A stretch of 64,000 bases of DNA from a virus. The notes below the pieces were generated by a model. That model ran no database searches and was not told the DNA's origin. It saw only the letters and a list, made by a program, of their open reading frames with translations. A program made the translations under genes and the position numbers. The stretch spans positions 58,092 through 122,091 of the IMG/VR virus record IMGVR_UViG_3300003690_003155; one strand, written 5' to 3'. This document shows, piece after piece, positions 49,894 through 58,598 of this stretch (within the stretch, counting starts at the first letter, position 1; each line of letters begins with the position of its first letter).

Positions 49894-50791
49894 TATTAAA
49901 TTTGTTATCAGTAATTATTCCTTTAGTCACTCTTCTGTCTTTGTTAAATACACTATATAATTTTTTATGGTTGTTCGGGTTCTTTAATCTATGTATTAAA
50001 GCATCAGTCCACTTAAAATGACGAACTTTAAAGCGACGATGATCAATATCGTCTGGATCATAAACTCCTGGAGTCGGCTTAGGTGCATAAAAATATTTCC
50101 AATAGTCCTCATCGCCGCGAGTTATATTTACTTTTTTACGCTCTGCAGAGTTTACTTCAGGTACCCATACTACATCATGATGCCCAATCCCTACTTCTAT
50201 TTTAGCTTTAAATAATAAAATTTTTGTCCAAGTAGCTCCAATTACGTATCTCGTAATACTCGCTGTCTTTGGAAATTGTTCAAATAAATCTTCCGGGTAA
50301 CCCACTTTACGTAAAATAAGATCCTCAGCAACTCGGTCCTCAAAACTGCCACGCAGGGCATAATAATTATTTTTTTCTAAAAAATCAGCACACTCAGGTA
50401 TAGTATTAAAAGGACCGTAATCATTAAATTCATCTGCGTCCGGTAAAATAATCCAATCTTCATCATCTATTGTCCATTGCCACTTTATTAGTACGTCGTG
50501 TGCATTCTGTATGTCGTATTTTTTTGAGATCAACTCAAGATTTGGTATATTATTTTCATTGTTTATCTCTCTGAATTCATTTAAATTTTTATGATATGTA
50601 TTATAACAGAGATCAGGAGAGTATATCTTATCAGGGCGTGATCCGGTTTTTTTGCGACCACATGGTATAATATTAAAATTATTAGGATCAACACCTAACC
50701 CTATGTAGTAATCAATAAAATGTCTATATAAATTTAAATCTGGATATTCATTCTCATCTAGAGATATCATTGAAAATAAATGTATATTCAC
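49880..50791 (-). CDS. GT2-like glycosyltransferase
   Basis: HFIDYY..LGV, WIILPDADEF, GHH, HFKW; TAAATA 7 nt upstream. Confidence 0.65.
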   Translation of the reverse strand: MNIHLFSMISLDENEYPDLNLYRHFIDYYIGLGVDPNNFNIIPCGRKKTGSRPDKIYSPDLCYNTYHKNLNEFREINNENNIPNLELISKKYDIQNAHDVLIKWQWTIDDEDWIILPDADEFNDYGPFNTIPECADFLEKNNYYALRGSFEDRVAEDLILRKVGYPEDLFEQFPKTASITRYVIGATWTKILLFKAKIEVGIGHHDVVWVPEVNSAERKKVNITRGDEDYWKYFYAPKPTPGVYDPDDIDHRRFKVRHFKWTDALIHRLKNPNNHKKLYSVFNKDRRVTKGIITDNKFNIIIH

Positions 50792-50851
50792 TTTAAGTTA
50801 TTTAAAATTTTTATTGATTTAATCAATTAGTAATGTAAATTTTTATATACT

Positions 50852-51514
50852 ATGCCCAAATCTTTCTTAGATAGCTTGATAGGTGCAAACGGAAAACATA
50901 AATGTATCTTTATACATATACCTAAGTGTGCGGGAACAACAATAAAGGAAAATTTTAGGTTACATGGAGCACCATGGACTCATAATAACGTGACTCATAT
51001 TATAGATGGTGATATTAAAAGATTTAATTCTGTTGAGAAATTTTTAAAATATAATCCGTTCACTATTGTTCGCAATCCATTTGACAGAATAGTCTCCTGG
51101 TTTTTTTATCATAAAAATCTTTCGGCCGAGGAACTGGGCTCGGGTCCCGGTCTCCCACTCTCGTCTCTTTATGCTACTTCTTTTGAAGATTGGGTTATGA
51201 ATAACTGCCCACACCACTGGGATTATTCTGGTCGTAATAAACCAACATACCTTTGGAGACAATTAAATTGGATTGAATATAATTGGCCATATCCGAATCA
51301 ATGGAGAATTGAAATTGTAATTCCGGAAGCTAATATTATTAGGTATGAAGAATTAGAAACTGCAATCCCACAATTAAAAAATTCTGATCACCGGTTTGAA
51401 AGAAAAAGCAAGAGAGGTGACTATAAACAATATTATACTAGCTCTAAAATTATAGATATTGTTACTGAATTATGTAAGGATGATTTAGAATATTTTAATT
51501 ATTCATTTGATTGA
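50852..51514 (+). CDS. Sulfotransferase family 2 protein
   Basis: FIHIPKCAGTT (5'-PSB) and VRNPFDRIVS (3'-PB) motifs, DLEYFNYSF end. Confidence 0.88.
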   Translation: MPKSFLDSLIGANGKHKCIFIHIPKCAGTTIKENFRLHGAPWTHNNVTHIIDGDIKRFNSVEKFLKYNPFTIVRNPFDRIVSWFFYHKNLSAEELGSGPGLPLSSLYATSFEDWVMNNCPHHWDYSGRNKPTYLWRQLNWIEYNWPYPNQWRIEIVIPEANIIRYEELETAIPQLKNSDHRFERKSKRGDYKQYYTSSKIIDIVTELCKDDLEYFNYSFD

Positions 51515-51538
51515 TTTTCTTTGTAGCTATGTTATAAT
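51511..51538 (+). promoter_or_regulatory. Sigma70-like promoter TTGATT-N16-TATAAT, 6 nt before DUF366 ATG
   Basis: Direct reading. Confidence 0.65.
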
Positions 51539-51544
51539 AATCAT

Positions 51545-52132
51545 ATGATTTTAAAAGATATTGACGTCTATGATGGAAGTTTGATTCATGGACGGTTTGC
51601 TTATAAATATTTTCGAAGAAAAACTCTCCCGATTGGTAATATCGTTGCGTTTCGAGCCCCGATGAAGGTAGAAGCAGAGGGAATGATTGACAATGAAGAC
51701 CTTCTTAACAATGATTTTATTTATTCTGACGACGCTGTTAATTTTTGTTGGGAGCTTCCTAATTTATGCCCTCTGGGCGCTGTCTTCTTTCAGCGATTAT
51801 TCAATACACAAATTGCAAATGTTTTATCGACGCTATATCTTAAAGCTCCGGTCGAAGTGGATGGTGACGACTTAATTGTACATAGAGAATTTGAACAACA
51901 CGGCATTATTCAACCAAAAGGTAAGTGTAGTGTAAGTATAACCTATTCAAAAGACAATGTTGCGATTGGTCACACTGCAATTAACGTGTCGGCAGGGAAT
52001 AAAGCACCAGCCTTTGCGTTTTCCACCGATTTAACCGACAATCAGGTGGAAGAATTCATGAAAATCATCATAGATACCTACTATTCCATGGTGGATGACG
52101 CATTTATCGCAACTACAAAGCTGACATTATGA
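51545..52132 (+). CDS. DUF366 family protein
   Basis: YDGS, IVAFRAPM.V, MIDNED, IYSDD, QRL, GDDL, K.SVSI, H.AINV match the DUF366 pattern as recalled. Confidence 0.8.
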   Translation: MILKDIDVYDGSLIHGRFAYKYFRRKTLPIGNIVAFRAPMKVEAEGMIDNEDLLNNDFIYSDDAVNFCWELPNLCPLGAVFFQRLFNTQIANVLSTLYLKAPVEVDGDDLIVHREFEQHGIIQPKGKCSVSITYSKDNVAIGHTAINVSAGNKAPAFAFSTDLTDNQVEEFMKIIIDTYYSMVDDAFIATTKLTL

Positions 52133-52148
52133 GTTCTGTAGTGTGTCT

Positions 52149-52330
52149 CAATTTTTTTTTCAAAAACCCGGGTGAAATCCTTATTTGGCTGTTTTATCAA
52201 TTAACTTTTAAAGGCATAAACCTAGATCCAAATTTTTTTGCAGAAACCGGGTGATTTTCCGATTAAGAAAGTTATCGTATGAAGTTGAAATTGTACCCCA
52301 ATTTTTTTTGCAAACTCTTGATGGAATTGT
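52149..52330 (+). repeat. Three imperfect ~32-bp direct repeats with T-tracts (periods 80 and 70 bp)
   Basis: caatttttttttcaaaaacccgggtgaaatcc (52149), caaatttttttgcagaaaccgggtgattttcc (52229), caattttttttgcaaactcttg... (52299). Confidence 0.7.
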
Positions 52331-52356
52331 ATTAAAGAACTCAAACTGTCTATATT

Positions 52357-52737
52357 ATGAAGCAAGCAAATAACTTTTTTGATTTTGTTACTAACATTTT
52401 ATTTGAAAAAGATAAAATCGATGTAGATATTATGTCATCACAATTATATTCTCCATATATAGTGAATAGGTATGTGACATTTGCTGATACTCGGTTTGTT
52501 CCAGTAATAAACAATAGTGTTAATATGTATGGATCAGTTTTTAGTATAAATGTTGATCATTATAATTTCTTACATGCTTTAATTCCAAAGACAAAAACAA
52601 AATATATTAATTATACTAAAAAAATAAAAAAAGATAAAACAATATATGAAAAGGTTTGTAAACAGTATGAATTGTCTCAACGTGAGGTCGATTTGTATTC
52701 GGAAACTTTTAACATAAATATTAAAAAATATGAATAA
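52357..52737 (+). CDS. gp62: Clamp loader small subunit (gp62-like)
   Basis: FFDFV..I, YSPYIVNRY, HYNFL..LIPK.K...Y.KK, YELSQRE. Confidence 0.75.
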   Translation: MKQANNFFDFVTNILFEKDKIDVDIMSSQLYSPYIVNRYVTFADTRFVPVINNSVNMYGSVFSINVDHYNFLHALIPKTKTKYINYTKKIKKDKTIYEKVCKQYELSQREVDLYSETFNINIKKYE

Positions 52738-53209
52738 GAAGCAAAAGCAGCATTATGAAAATCAGCTCGATAAAATGAAGCTAACTGACCAGCAAAGAGA
52801 AGCTTTTGATCATGATCCTAAAACAAGTTTAATTGATTTAGAGAGGTATGATGGAGGTACCTTTAGTTTACAAGGCTATAAACTAAGTAAAGTTTTGGAT
52901 GATATTGTCTTAGCTCAATTTGTGGATTTATCTAATGACGGTAAATCTGTTATGCGAAATGGCATTCATATTCCTTTATCGCAAGTTCAACGTACATGGC
53001 GCTTAGCAAAGGTTATATTAATTGGACCTAAAGTTCAGTATACTACTGTCGGAGATATTATTTGCTTCCCAGATGATAAAGGAATAAAGGTTGATAATAT
53101 GTCCATTACAGGGTATGATGAGTCTCTTAGAGATTGTATCTTTATAAATGAAGAGCGGTTTTTTGGTATTTGTGAAGAATTAGAAGACCATGATAACAAG
53201 CTTAGCTAG
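52730..53209 (+). CDS. GroES-like co-chaperonin
   Basis: DDIVL, NGIHIP, AKVILIGP, VGDII, INEERFFGI. Confidence 0.7.
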   Translation: MNKKQKQHYENQLDKMKLTDQQREAFDHDPKTSLIDLERYDGGTFSLQGYKLSKVLDDIVLAQFVDLSNDGKSVMRNGIHIPLSQVQRTWRLAKVILIGPKVQYTTVGDIICFPDDKGIKVDNMSITGYDESLRDCIFINEERFFGICEELEDHDNKLS

Positions 53210-53567
53210 TCTTAAAGCTACATTATTAGATAAAGTATGTGAGGTTAAGTTTGCTAGACGGAGCCTTAAGCCCGGTCGGCCAGCGACCCGACGAATGCTA
53301 TGTACAAATAATGTACAACTTTTGAACTCAGTCGAAGGTCGTGTTGTTTTAAATTATGCTCCACCTCGACAAGGTCTTAAATATAATCCTAATCAAGAAA
53401 ATTTAATTATAACCTGGGATATATTAATGCAAGATTATAGAACTATAAATTGCGATACTGTAGATTTAATTAGTACATTAGAAGCTGATCAAACGTTTTG
53501 GGCATATTTGAATGAAAAGATTGTTCCTATGACAGCAGGACAGAAACTGGATTTTATGAACACATGA
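53190..53567 (+). CDS. Hypothetical protein (SH3/Sm-like, WYL_2-like)
   Basis: VCEVKF.R, RRMLCT, WDI....RT pattern. Confidence 0.55.
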   Translation: MITSLASLKATLLDKVCEVKFARRSLKPGRPATRRMLCTNNVQLLNSVEGRVVLNYAPPRQGLKYNPNQENLIITWDILMQDYRTINCDTVDLISTLEADQTFWAYLNEKIVPMTAGQKLDFMNT

Positions 53568-53890
53568 CATATGAGTTAATAGAAGATACGTTAAAAACAT
53601 TATTACTTAATAATATTAAAATTACTTCTAAAAAGAGAATATTAGGAGCCGGTCAATTAATGCTATATGATATTAAAGATTTTAATATTCGATTAATTTT
53701 TTATAACAACAAAAAAACTGAATTACTTTATCCGTTTAATATTATTAGAAAAGATAACATAATATATTTTGATTACACACTCCCCCATATTCATCAAAAT
53801 GATCCTCTATGGAAAGGTCGATTAAATCGCTTAGTTAAAAATAAACGTAATAAGTATTATGACTTGCTTCTCTCTATAGAGATACTATAA
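53564..53890 (+). CDS. Hypothetical protein
   Basis: 108 aa ORF with ATGA overlap. Confidence 0.6.
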   Translation: MTYELIEDTLKTLLLNNIKITSKKRILGAGQLMLYDIKDFNIRLIFYNNKKTELLYPFNIIRKDNIIYFDYTLPHIHQNDPLWKGRLNRLVKNKRNKYYDLLLSIEIL

Positions 53891-53891
53891 T
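53864..53891 (+). promoter_or_regulatory. Sigma70-like promoter TTGCTT-N16-TATAAT, 6 nt before helicase ATG
   Basis: Direct reading. Confidence 0.6.
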
Positions 53892-53897
53892 AGGTAT

Positions 53898-55535
53898 ATG
53901 GGTCTTAAGAACTTTCCAAAAGGATATGCTCCCTCCTCAAGCCAACAATATGCTATACCTAATATCATTAAAGGGCTTGAAGAGTGTAAGTTTGTTGCCT
54001 TGCAAGGCCCAACTGGTTGCGGAAAAAGTTTTATTGCAAAAACAATTGCTAATGACCTAAAAAAGCTCCCATCAAGATTATCGAAATTAGTTTCTGATTA
54101 TAGGGCGTTTGAAATTACTCGAGATAAAAGTAAATTAACTTATGAATATGCAGATGATTTTGAAAATAAAAATTATGGAACATCCATATTAACAACAACA
54201 AAAGCATTACAAGATCAATACACTCGAGACTTCGAAGACATAAAACCTTTAAAAGGTAAGAGTTCTTATATTTGTAATTTTGATGGTCGGAGTCTTGCCG
54301 ACGTTGCCCCGTGTATTTTTAGTAGTAAATTAAAAAAAGAATGCTGGGACTGTAATAGGTGCGATTATTATGAAGCAAGAAATAAATCAATTATAGCAAA
54401 AATTAGTGTAGAAAATTATTCTAGTTTTTTTCACAAACCAGATCATTTAAAGTATAGACGGCTTATCGTATGTGATGAAGCTTCTGAATTAGAAAATATA
54501 ATCGTTAGTCGGTTTAGCTGTAGTATTGAACTGGGTAAGTTAAATAGGTATGGTTTTGGTTTATTATATTCATCTAATAGGAAACGGTTTCGTAGTAATT
54601 TAATTGAATTACAAATTGAATTAGAAGGTCGGTATATTGTGTTGCTTCGAATGCTTGAAAAGCATTCTGATACAATAAGTGACTCGGTGAAGAAAGAATT
54701 TAAATTTATCGCAGACTTAAAAAGAGATTTATCTCTTGTTGTTGATACTTGGCAACAATCAGAATATATTATTAATAAATCTTTTATTCATAATAAAAAA
54801 TATATACAATTAATACCTAAAAAGATTGACGTACTAGCACAGCATTTATTTAAATATGCTGATAAAGTTCTTTTTATGTCTGCTACGCTTGTTGATTATA
54901 AACGCTTCATGAGAAATATTGGAGTGCCTGAACAAGATTATAAGTATATAGATTTACCTTCATCGTTTGATCCGAACCTTTCCCCAATTATATTCGGTAA
55001 ATTTCAACTTTCAAAAAAGAACATCGATAGATATTTTCCTAAAGTTGTTAAGTGCGTAGAGGAAATTTTAGAAGAGCACAAAAATGAAAAAGGACTTATT
55101 CATACACAATCAAATGTTTTAACTTTAAAATTAAAAGAACAACTTAAAACTGACCGAGTATTATATCGTGTGAGAGGTGATAAGGATAATGTCGACATCC
55201 TCACAGAGCATTCTAATAGTCCCTTACCAACAGTATTAGCTAGCCCTTCATTAAATTTTGGAGTTGATCTAAAAGGTGATGCATCAAGATTTTGTATTAT
55301 TATAAAGTGTCCATGGCCAGATTTAGGTGACATAAGAATAAAAGAGATGTCGAAGAATGATTATAGATGGTATACTAATAAAATGTTTACAACTTTTGTA
55401 CAACAGTGTGGTCGATGTACTCGAGATGAAAATGACTATAGTACAACGTATGTAATTGATGCTGGTAGCATAAGAAAATTAATACCAGAGTATTCAAATT
55501 TGTTACCAAAATATTTTATAGACCGTTTTATCTAA
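53898..55535 (+). CDS. DinG/XPD-like SF2 helicase
   Basis: GPTGCGKS, LQDQY, KGKSSYIC + Cys cluster, CDEA, MSAT, GVDL, QQCGRCTR. Confidence 0.88.
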   Translation: MGLKNFPKGYAPSSSQQYAIPNIIKGLEECKFVALQGPTGCGKSFIAKTIANDLKKLPSRLSKLVSDYRAFEITRDKSKLTYEYADDFENKNYGTSILTTTKALQDQYTRDFEDIKPLKGKSSYICNFDGRSLADVAPCIFSSKLKKECWDCNRCDYYEARNKSIIAKISVENYSSFFHKPDHLKYRRLIVCDEASELENIIVSRFSCSIELGKLNRYGFGLLYSSNRKRFRSNLIELQIELEGRYIVLLRMLEKHSDTISDSVKKEFKFIADLKRDLSLVVDTWQQSEYIINKSFIHNKKYIQLIPKKIDVLAQHLFKYADKVLFMSATLVDYKRFMRNIGVPEQDYKYIDLPSSFDPNLSPIIFGKFQLSKKNIDRYFPKVVKCVEEILEEHKNEKGLIHTQSNVLTLKLKEQLKTDRVLYRVRGDKDNVDILTEHSNSPLPTVLASPSLNFGVDLKGDASRFCIIIKCPWPDLGDIRIKEMSKNDYRWYTNKMFTTFVQQCGRCTRDENDYSTTYVIDAGSIRKLIPEYSNLLPKYFIDRFI

Positions 55536-55547
55536 TAAATATTTATA

Positions 55548-56231
55548 ATGAAAAACCAATATTATGGTTTTGAGCTAAAAGATATGATCAGGCAGTTTAT
55601 TACTGCCTTTAATGAAATTATCATTAATAGATATAATAGAAGTAAAGCCGTTGTCGATCAAATTAAAGTAGGTTTTTATTATGGCCCTAAAGAGAGAGCT
55701 CTTCAAGATATAGTTAATAAAGCTCAGAGTTTAAAGTTACCGACAATTGCAGTTCATTATACTTCAATATCTAGAGACCCTGGGAGAGTTTTTAATAAGG
55801 TTCCTGGTTTTTATTACAGTAAAGCTCCATCAGTTAGTGGTGGGGCGTTTGATTCAGATCATTTGAAAACACCTATCCCAGTTAATATAGGTATTAGTAT
55901 GTCTATAATGACAAAGTTTCAAACTGATATGGATCAGATTTTAAGTAATTTTGTTCCATATAATAACCCATATATTATTATAAGCTGGATAGTTCCTACA
56001 ACTCAAAACTTAGTTAATGATCTTGAAATAAGAACTGAGATATTATGGGATGGTACTTTAAGCTTAGACTATCCAGTTGAGGTGTCTGGAACTCAACCAG
56101 CTAGAATTATCGCTAATACAAGTTTTACAATGAAGGGATGGTTATTTAAAGGTCCTCGTACAGAAGATACTAAGAACATATTTACTATTGATCAGGATTT
56201 TGTACCTGTAAATACATTTGGTTATGAGTAA
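55548..56231 (+). CDS. gp15: Tail terminator / sheath stabiliser (gp15-like)
   Basis: F...FN.I.I.R, V...YGPKER, P+PVNI, DQIL..F.PY, FTMKGWLF. Confidence 0.8.
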   Translation: MKNQYYGFELKDMIRQFITAFNEIIINRYNRSKAVVDQIKVGFYYGPKERALQDIVNKAQSLKLPTIAVHYTSISRDPGRVFNKVPGFYYSKAPSVSGGAFDSDHLKTPIPVNIGISMSIMTKFQTDMDQILSNFVPYNNPYIIISWIVPTTQNLVNDLEIRTEILWDGTLSLDYPVEVSGTQPARIIANTSFTMKGWLFKGPRTEDTKNIFTIDQDFVPVNTFGYE

Positions 56232-56760
56232 GTTTATAAAATACGATTCAAGTTTGACTGATGTCCTAACAGGCGGTACTTTTGATCACAGAGAGCTTTC
56301 TGGACGTCCGGAGTTTACAGGTGATAGCTCTATTTTTTCTGGAACAGCCGGTGAGAATACTTTTAATACCGGAACTATTTACGGAGGTGCTACTAATGCT
56401 CTTTCTGGTCAAATAACATTTGAAGGGTATAATTTTGCAACATTAACAGCAGTAATGTTAAGCTGTACTGACGGTCTTCCGCTATTTACCGACAGTCCAT
56501 CATTAACTAATTTTAATTTTTATAATTCAATTACTGCTGTTCCCACAAATAGTACACCATTTTCCGGCCTGTCGGCATATTATCCCGAAGTAAGTGGCTT
56601 TTTTACGAGCAATTATGTGCTAAATAACTATAATAGTATGTCTATTACATTTCCAACGGCTACAGCAACAGGTATAGTTGATATAATAGCAATTAATCCT
56701 GCAGGGTATGGAAAACTTAGTACGGACCTAGGGTCAATCGACGGTATAACAATTAATTAA
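56224..56760 (+). CDS. Putative virion structural protein (Ser/Thr/Gly-rich, Ig-like)
   Basis: Between gp15 and portal; beta-rich, ends DIIAINPAGY. Confidence 0.55.
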   Translation: MSKFIKYDSSLTDVLTGGTFDHRELSGRPEFTGDSSIFSGTAGENTFNTGTIYGGATNALSGQITFEGYNFATLTAVMLSCTDGLPLFTDSPSLTNFNFYNSITAVPTNSTPFSGLSAYYPEVSGFFTSNYVLNNYNSMSITFPTATATGIVDIIAINPAGYGKLSTDLGSIDGITIN

Positions 56761-56765
56761 TTAAA

Positions 56766-58559
56766 ATGGCAAAAGATCAAGGTACATTTGGTAGAGGGTT
56801 ACAGAAGTTTATTCAAAATAATTTGCCCTATAGGTCTCCTGCGGCAATTATAGATGATGTCACTTTACAGAACCCTAAGTTTAGAGATTTCTATAAAGCA
56901 GGATCATTACGCAAAGAATTGTTAGCGCAACATTCTATTCTTGCCCCTAAAGTACCAGACTCTGCTCATCCAATTGGTGCGTTTTTAGCTGATAGAGCAT
57001 ACAACGAATTAATGTATGCTACTCTTGATGTTGACAAGTATAGAAGGATCCGGGATTATAGGACAATGTCTCAGTTTGCTGAAGTTGCTGACGCATTAGA
57101 TGAAATCTGTGATGAGTTTTTAAATGAAGATGAGCACGGTAATATTATTAATTTAAAATTTAGAAGTGTAGTTGATTTTGATGCGTTAGTTACAAGACAG
57201 ATTAATGAAGAATTTGAAAAATTTATTAATCTGTTTGACCTTAAGGAAAACGGATGGGAATATGTTAGATCGATGCTTGTTGACGGTGAACTTTATTTTG
57301 AAAATATTATACATGAGGATCATGTTAAAGAAGGAATTCTAGGTGTTCTAAATGTACCTGTACAAGCTATTGATCCGGTGTATGATAATTTTCAAAATAT
57401 GCACATTAAAGCATATTTACTTAGAAAAGCTAAACATCATAAAGAAGCTGAAGAAGAATTTAACTCTATGCAAGATAAAGATTTTATTCCATTGGAAAAG
57501 AATCAGGTTACATATGTAAATTCTGGTACGTGGAATGAAAATAAAACTTTTAGAATACCTTTTATTGAAAATGCTCGTAGAGCTTATAGACAGTTATCTT
57601 TAGTTGAAGACTCTATTATAATATATCGGTTGGTGCGAGCTCCAGAGCGGTTAGTATTTAATGTCGATGTTGGTAATATGAGTACTCCCAAAGCAGAAGC
57701 TTACATTCGCAAATTAATGCAAAATTATTGGAGTAAGAAAACATTTAGTTTAGATGAAAATAAAAGAGTTGATTCATTTAACCCACAATCAATGTTAGAT
57801 GCTTATTGGTTTCCAAAGAGAGAAGGCAGTACCGGTACAGAGGTTAATACTTTACCTGGTGGTCAAAATTTAGGTGAGTTACAAGATTTAAATTATTTTA
57901 TTAAGAAATTATATAAGGCACTTAAAGTACCTACTAATAGAATTGAGACTGATACATCTCAATATAGTGCAGATGCAAATGTTTTACGAGAAGAATTAAA
58001 GTTCGCGAATTTTATTGTCAGACTTCAGCATCAATTTTCTGTTGGCTTAAAGGAAGCTTTTATTACACATCTCAAATTAAGAGGTATGTGGAAGAACTTT
58101 GAGTTAAGAGAAAATATATTTGATTTAACTTTTACACCACCACGGAATTATTTTGAGTTACGTAGGCAGCAAATAATGGATCTTAAGCTTAATAATTTTA
58201 CTAATGTTACTAGTAATGAATCTATATCTCAAGGCTATGGTCAAAAGGAATGGTTAGGGTGGACGGATGAAATGGTTAAAGCTAATAGACAATGGCTTAG
58301 AAAAGATGCTGCATTACAGTTTGAATTAGATCAAATTCGACAGGGCGGATCTGATTGGGCGGCAGGTACTGGCGCACCCGAGCCTGGAGTTGGTGACGTG
58401 AGTGTGCCGCCTCCTGCAGGTACTCCAGACGAAACACCTCCTCCGATGGGTCCTATGACACCTCCAACTACGACCCAGCCGCCACCCGCGCCCGGCGGCC
58501 CTGGCACACCGACCCCGGCACCGACTCCAGGTGGTGAGCCGTCCGCGTTACCAGCATAA
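56766..58559 (+). CDS. gp20: Portal protein (gp20)
   Basis: YRTMS..AEV..ALDEI, VDGELY, EDSIIIYRLVRAPERLVFNVDVGNM, WFPKREG, TLPGGQNLG, KLYKALKVP. Confidence 0.96.
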   Translation: MAKDQGTFGRGLQKFIQNNLPYRSPAAIIDDVTLQNPKFRDFYKAGSLRKELLAQHSILAPKVPDSAHPIGAFLADRAYNELMYATLDVDKYRRIRDYRTMSQFAEVADALDEICDEFLNEDEHGNIINLKFRSVVDFDALVTRQINEEFEKFINLFDLKENGWEYVRSMLVDGELYFENIIHEDHVKEGILGVLNVPVQAIDPVYDNFQNMHIKAYLLRKAKHHKEAEEEFNSMQDKDFIPLEKNQVTYVNSGTWNENKTFRIPFIENARRAYRQLSLVEDSIIIYRLVRAPERLVFNVDVGNMSTPKAEAYIRKLMQNYWSKKTFSLDENKRVDSFNPQSMLDAYWFPKREGSTGTEVNTLPGGQNLGELQDLNYFIKKLYKALKVPTNRIETDTSQYSADANVLREELKFANFIVRLQHQFSVGLKEAFITHLKLRGMWKNFELRENIFDLTFTPPRNYFELRRQQIMDLKLNNFTNVTSNESISQGYGQKEWLGWTDEMVKANRQWLRKDAALQFELDQIRQGGSDWAAGTGAPEPGVGDVSVPPPAGTPDETPPPMGPMTPPTTTQPPPAPGGPGTPTPAPTPGGEPSALPA

Positions 58560-58598
58560 GCGTAAAGAAACTACAAGCCTACTACCATAAATAGTTAT

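Noticed and set aside
27980-51514. Bacterial O-antigen/capsule locus (host contamination or prophage flank)
   Set aside because: No wzx/wzy/wzm genes, phage-type late promoter motifs inside, similar composition, and phage core genes on both sides
52149-52330. Possible mini CRISPR array
   Set aside because: Only three degenerate, T-tract-dominated units with unequal spacing and no cas gene in the window
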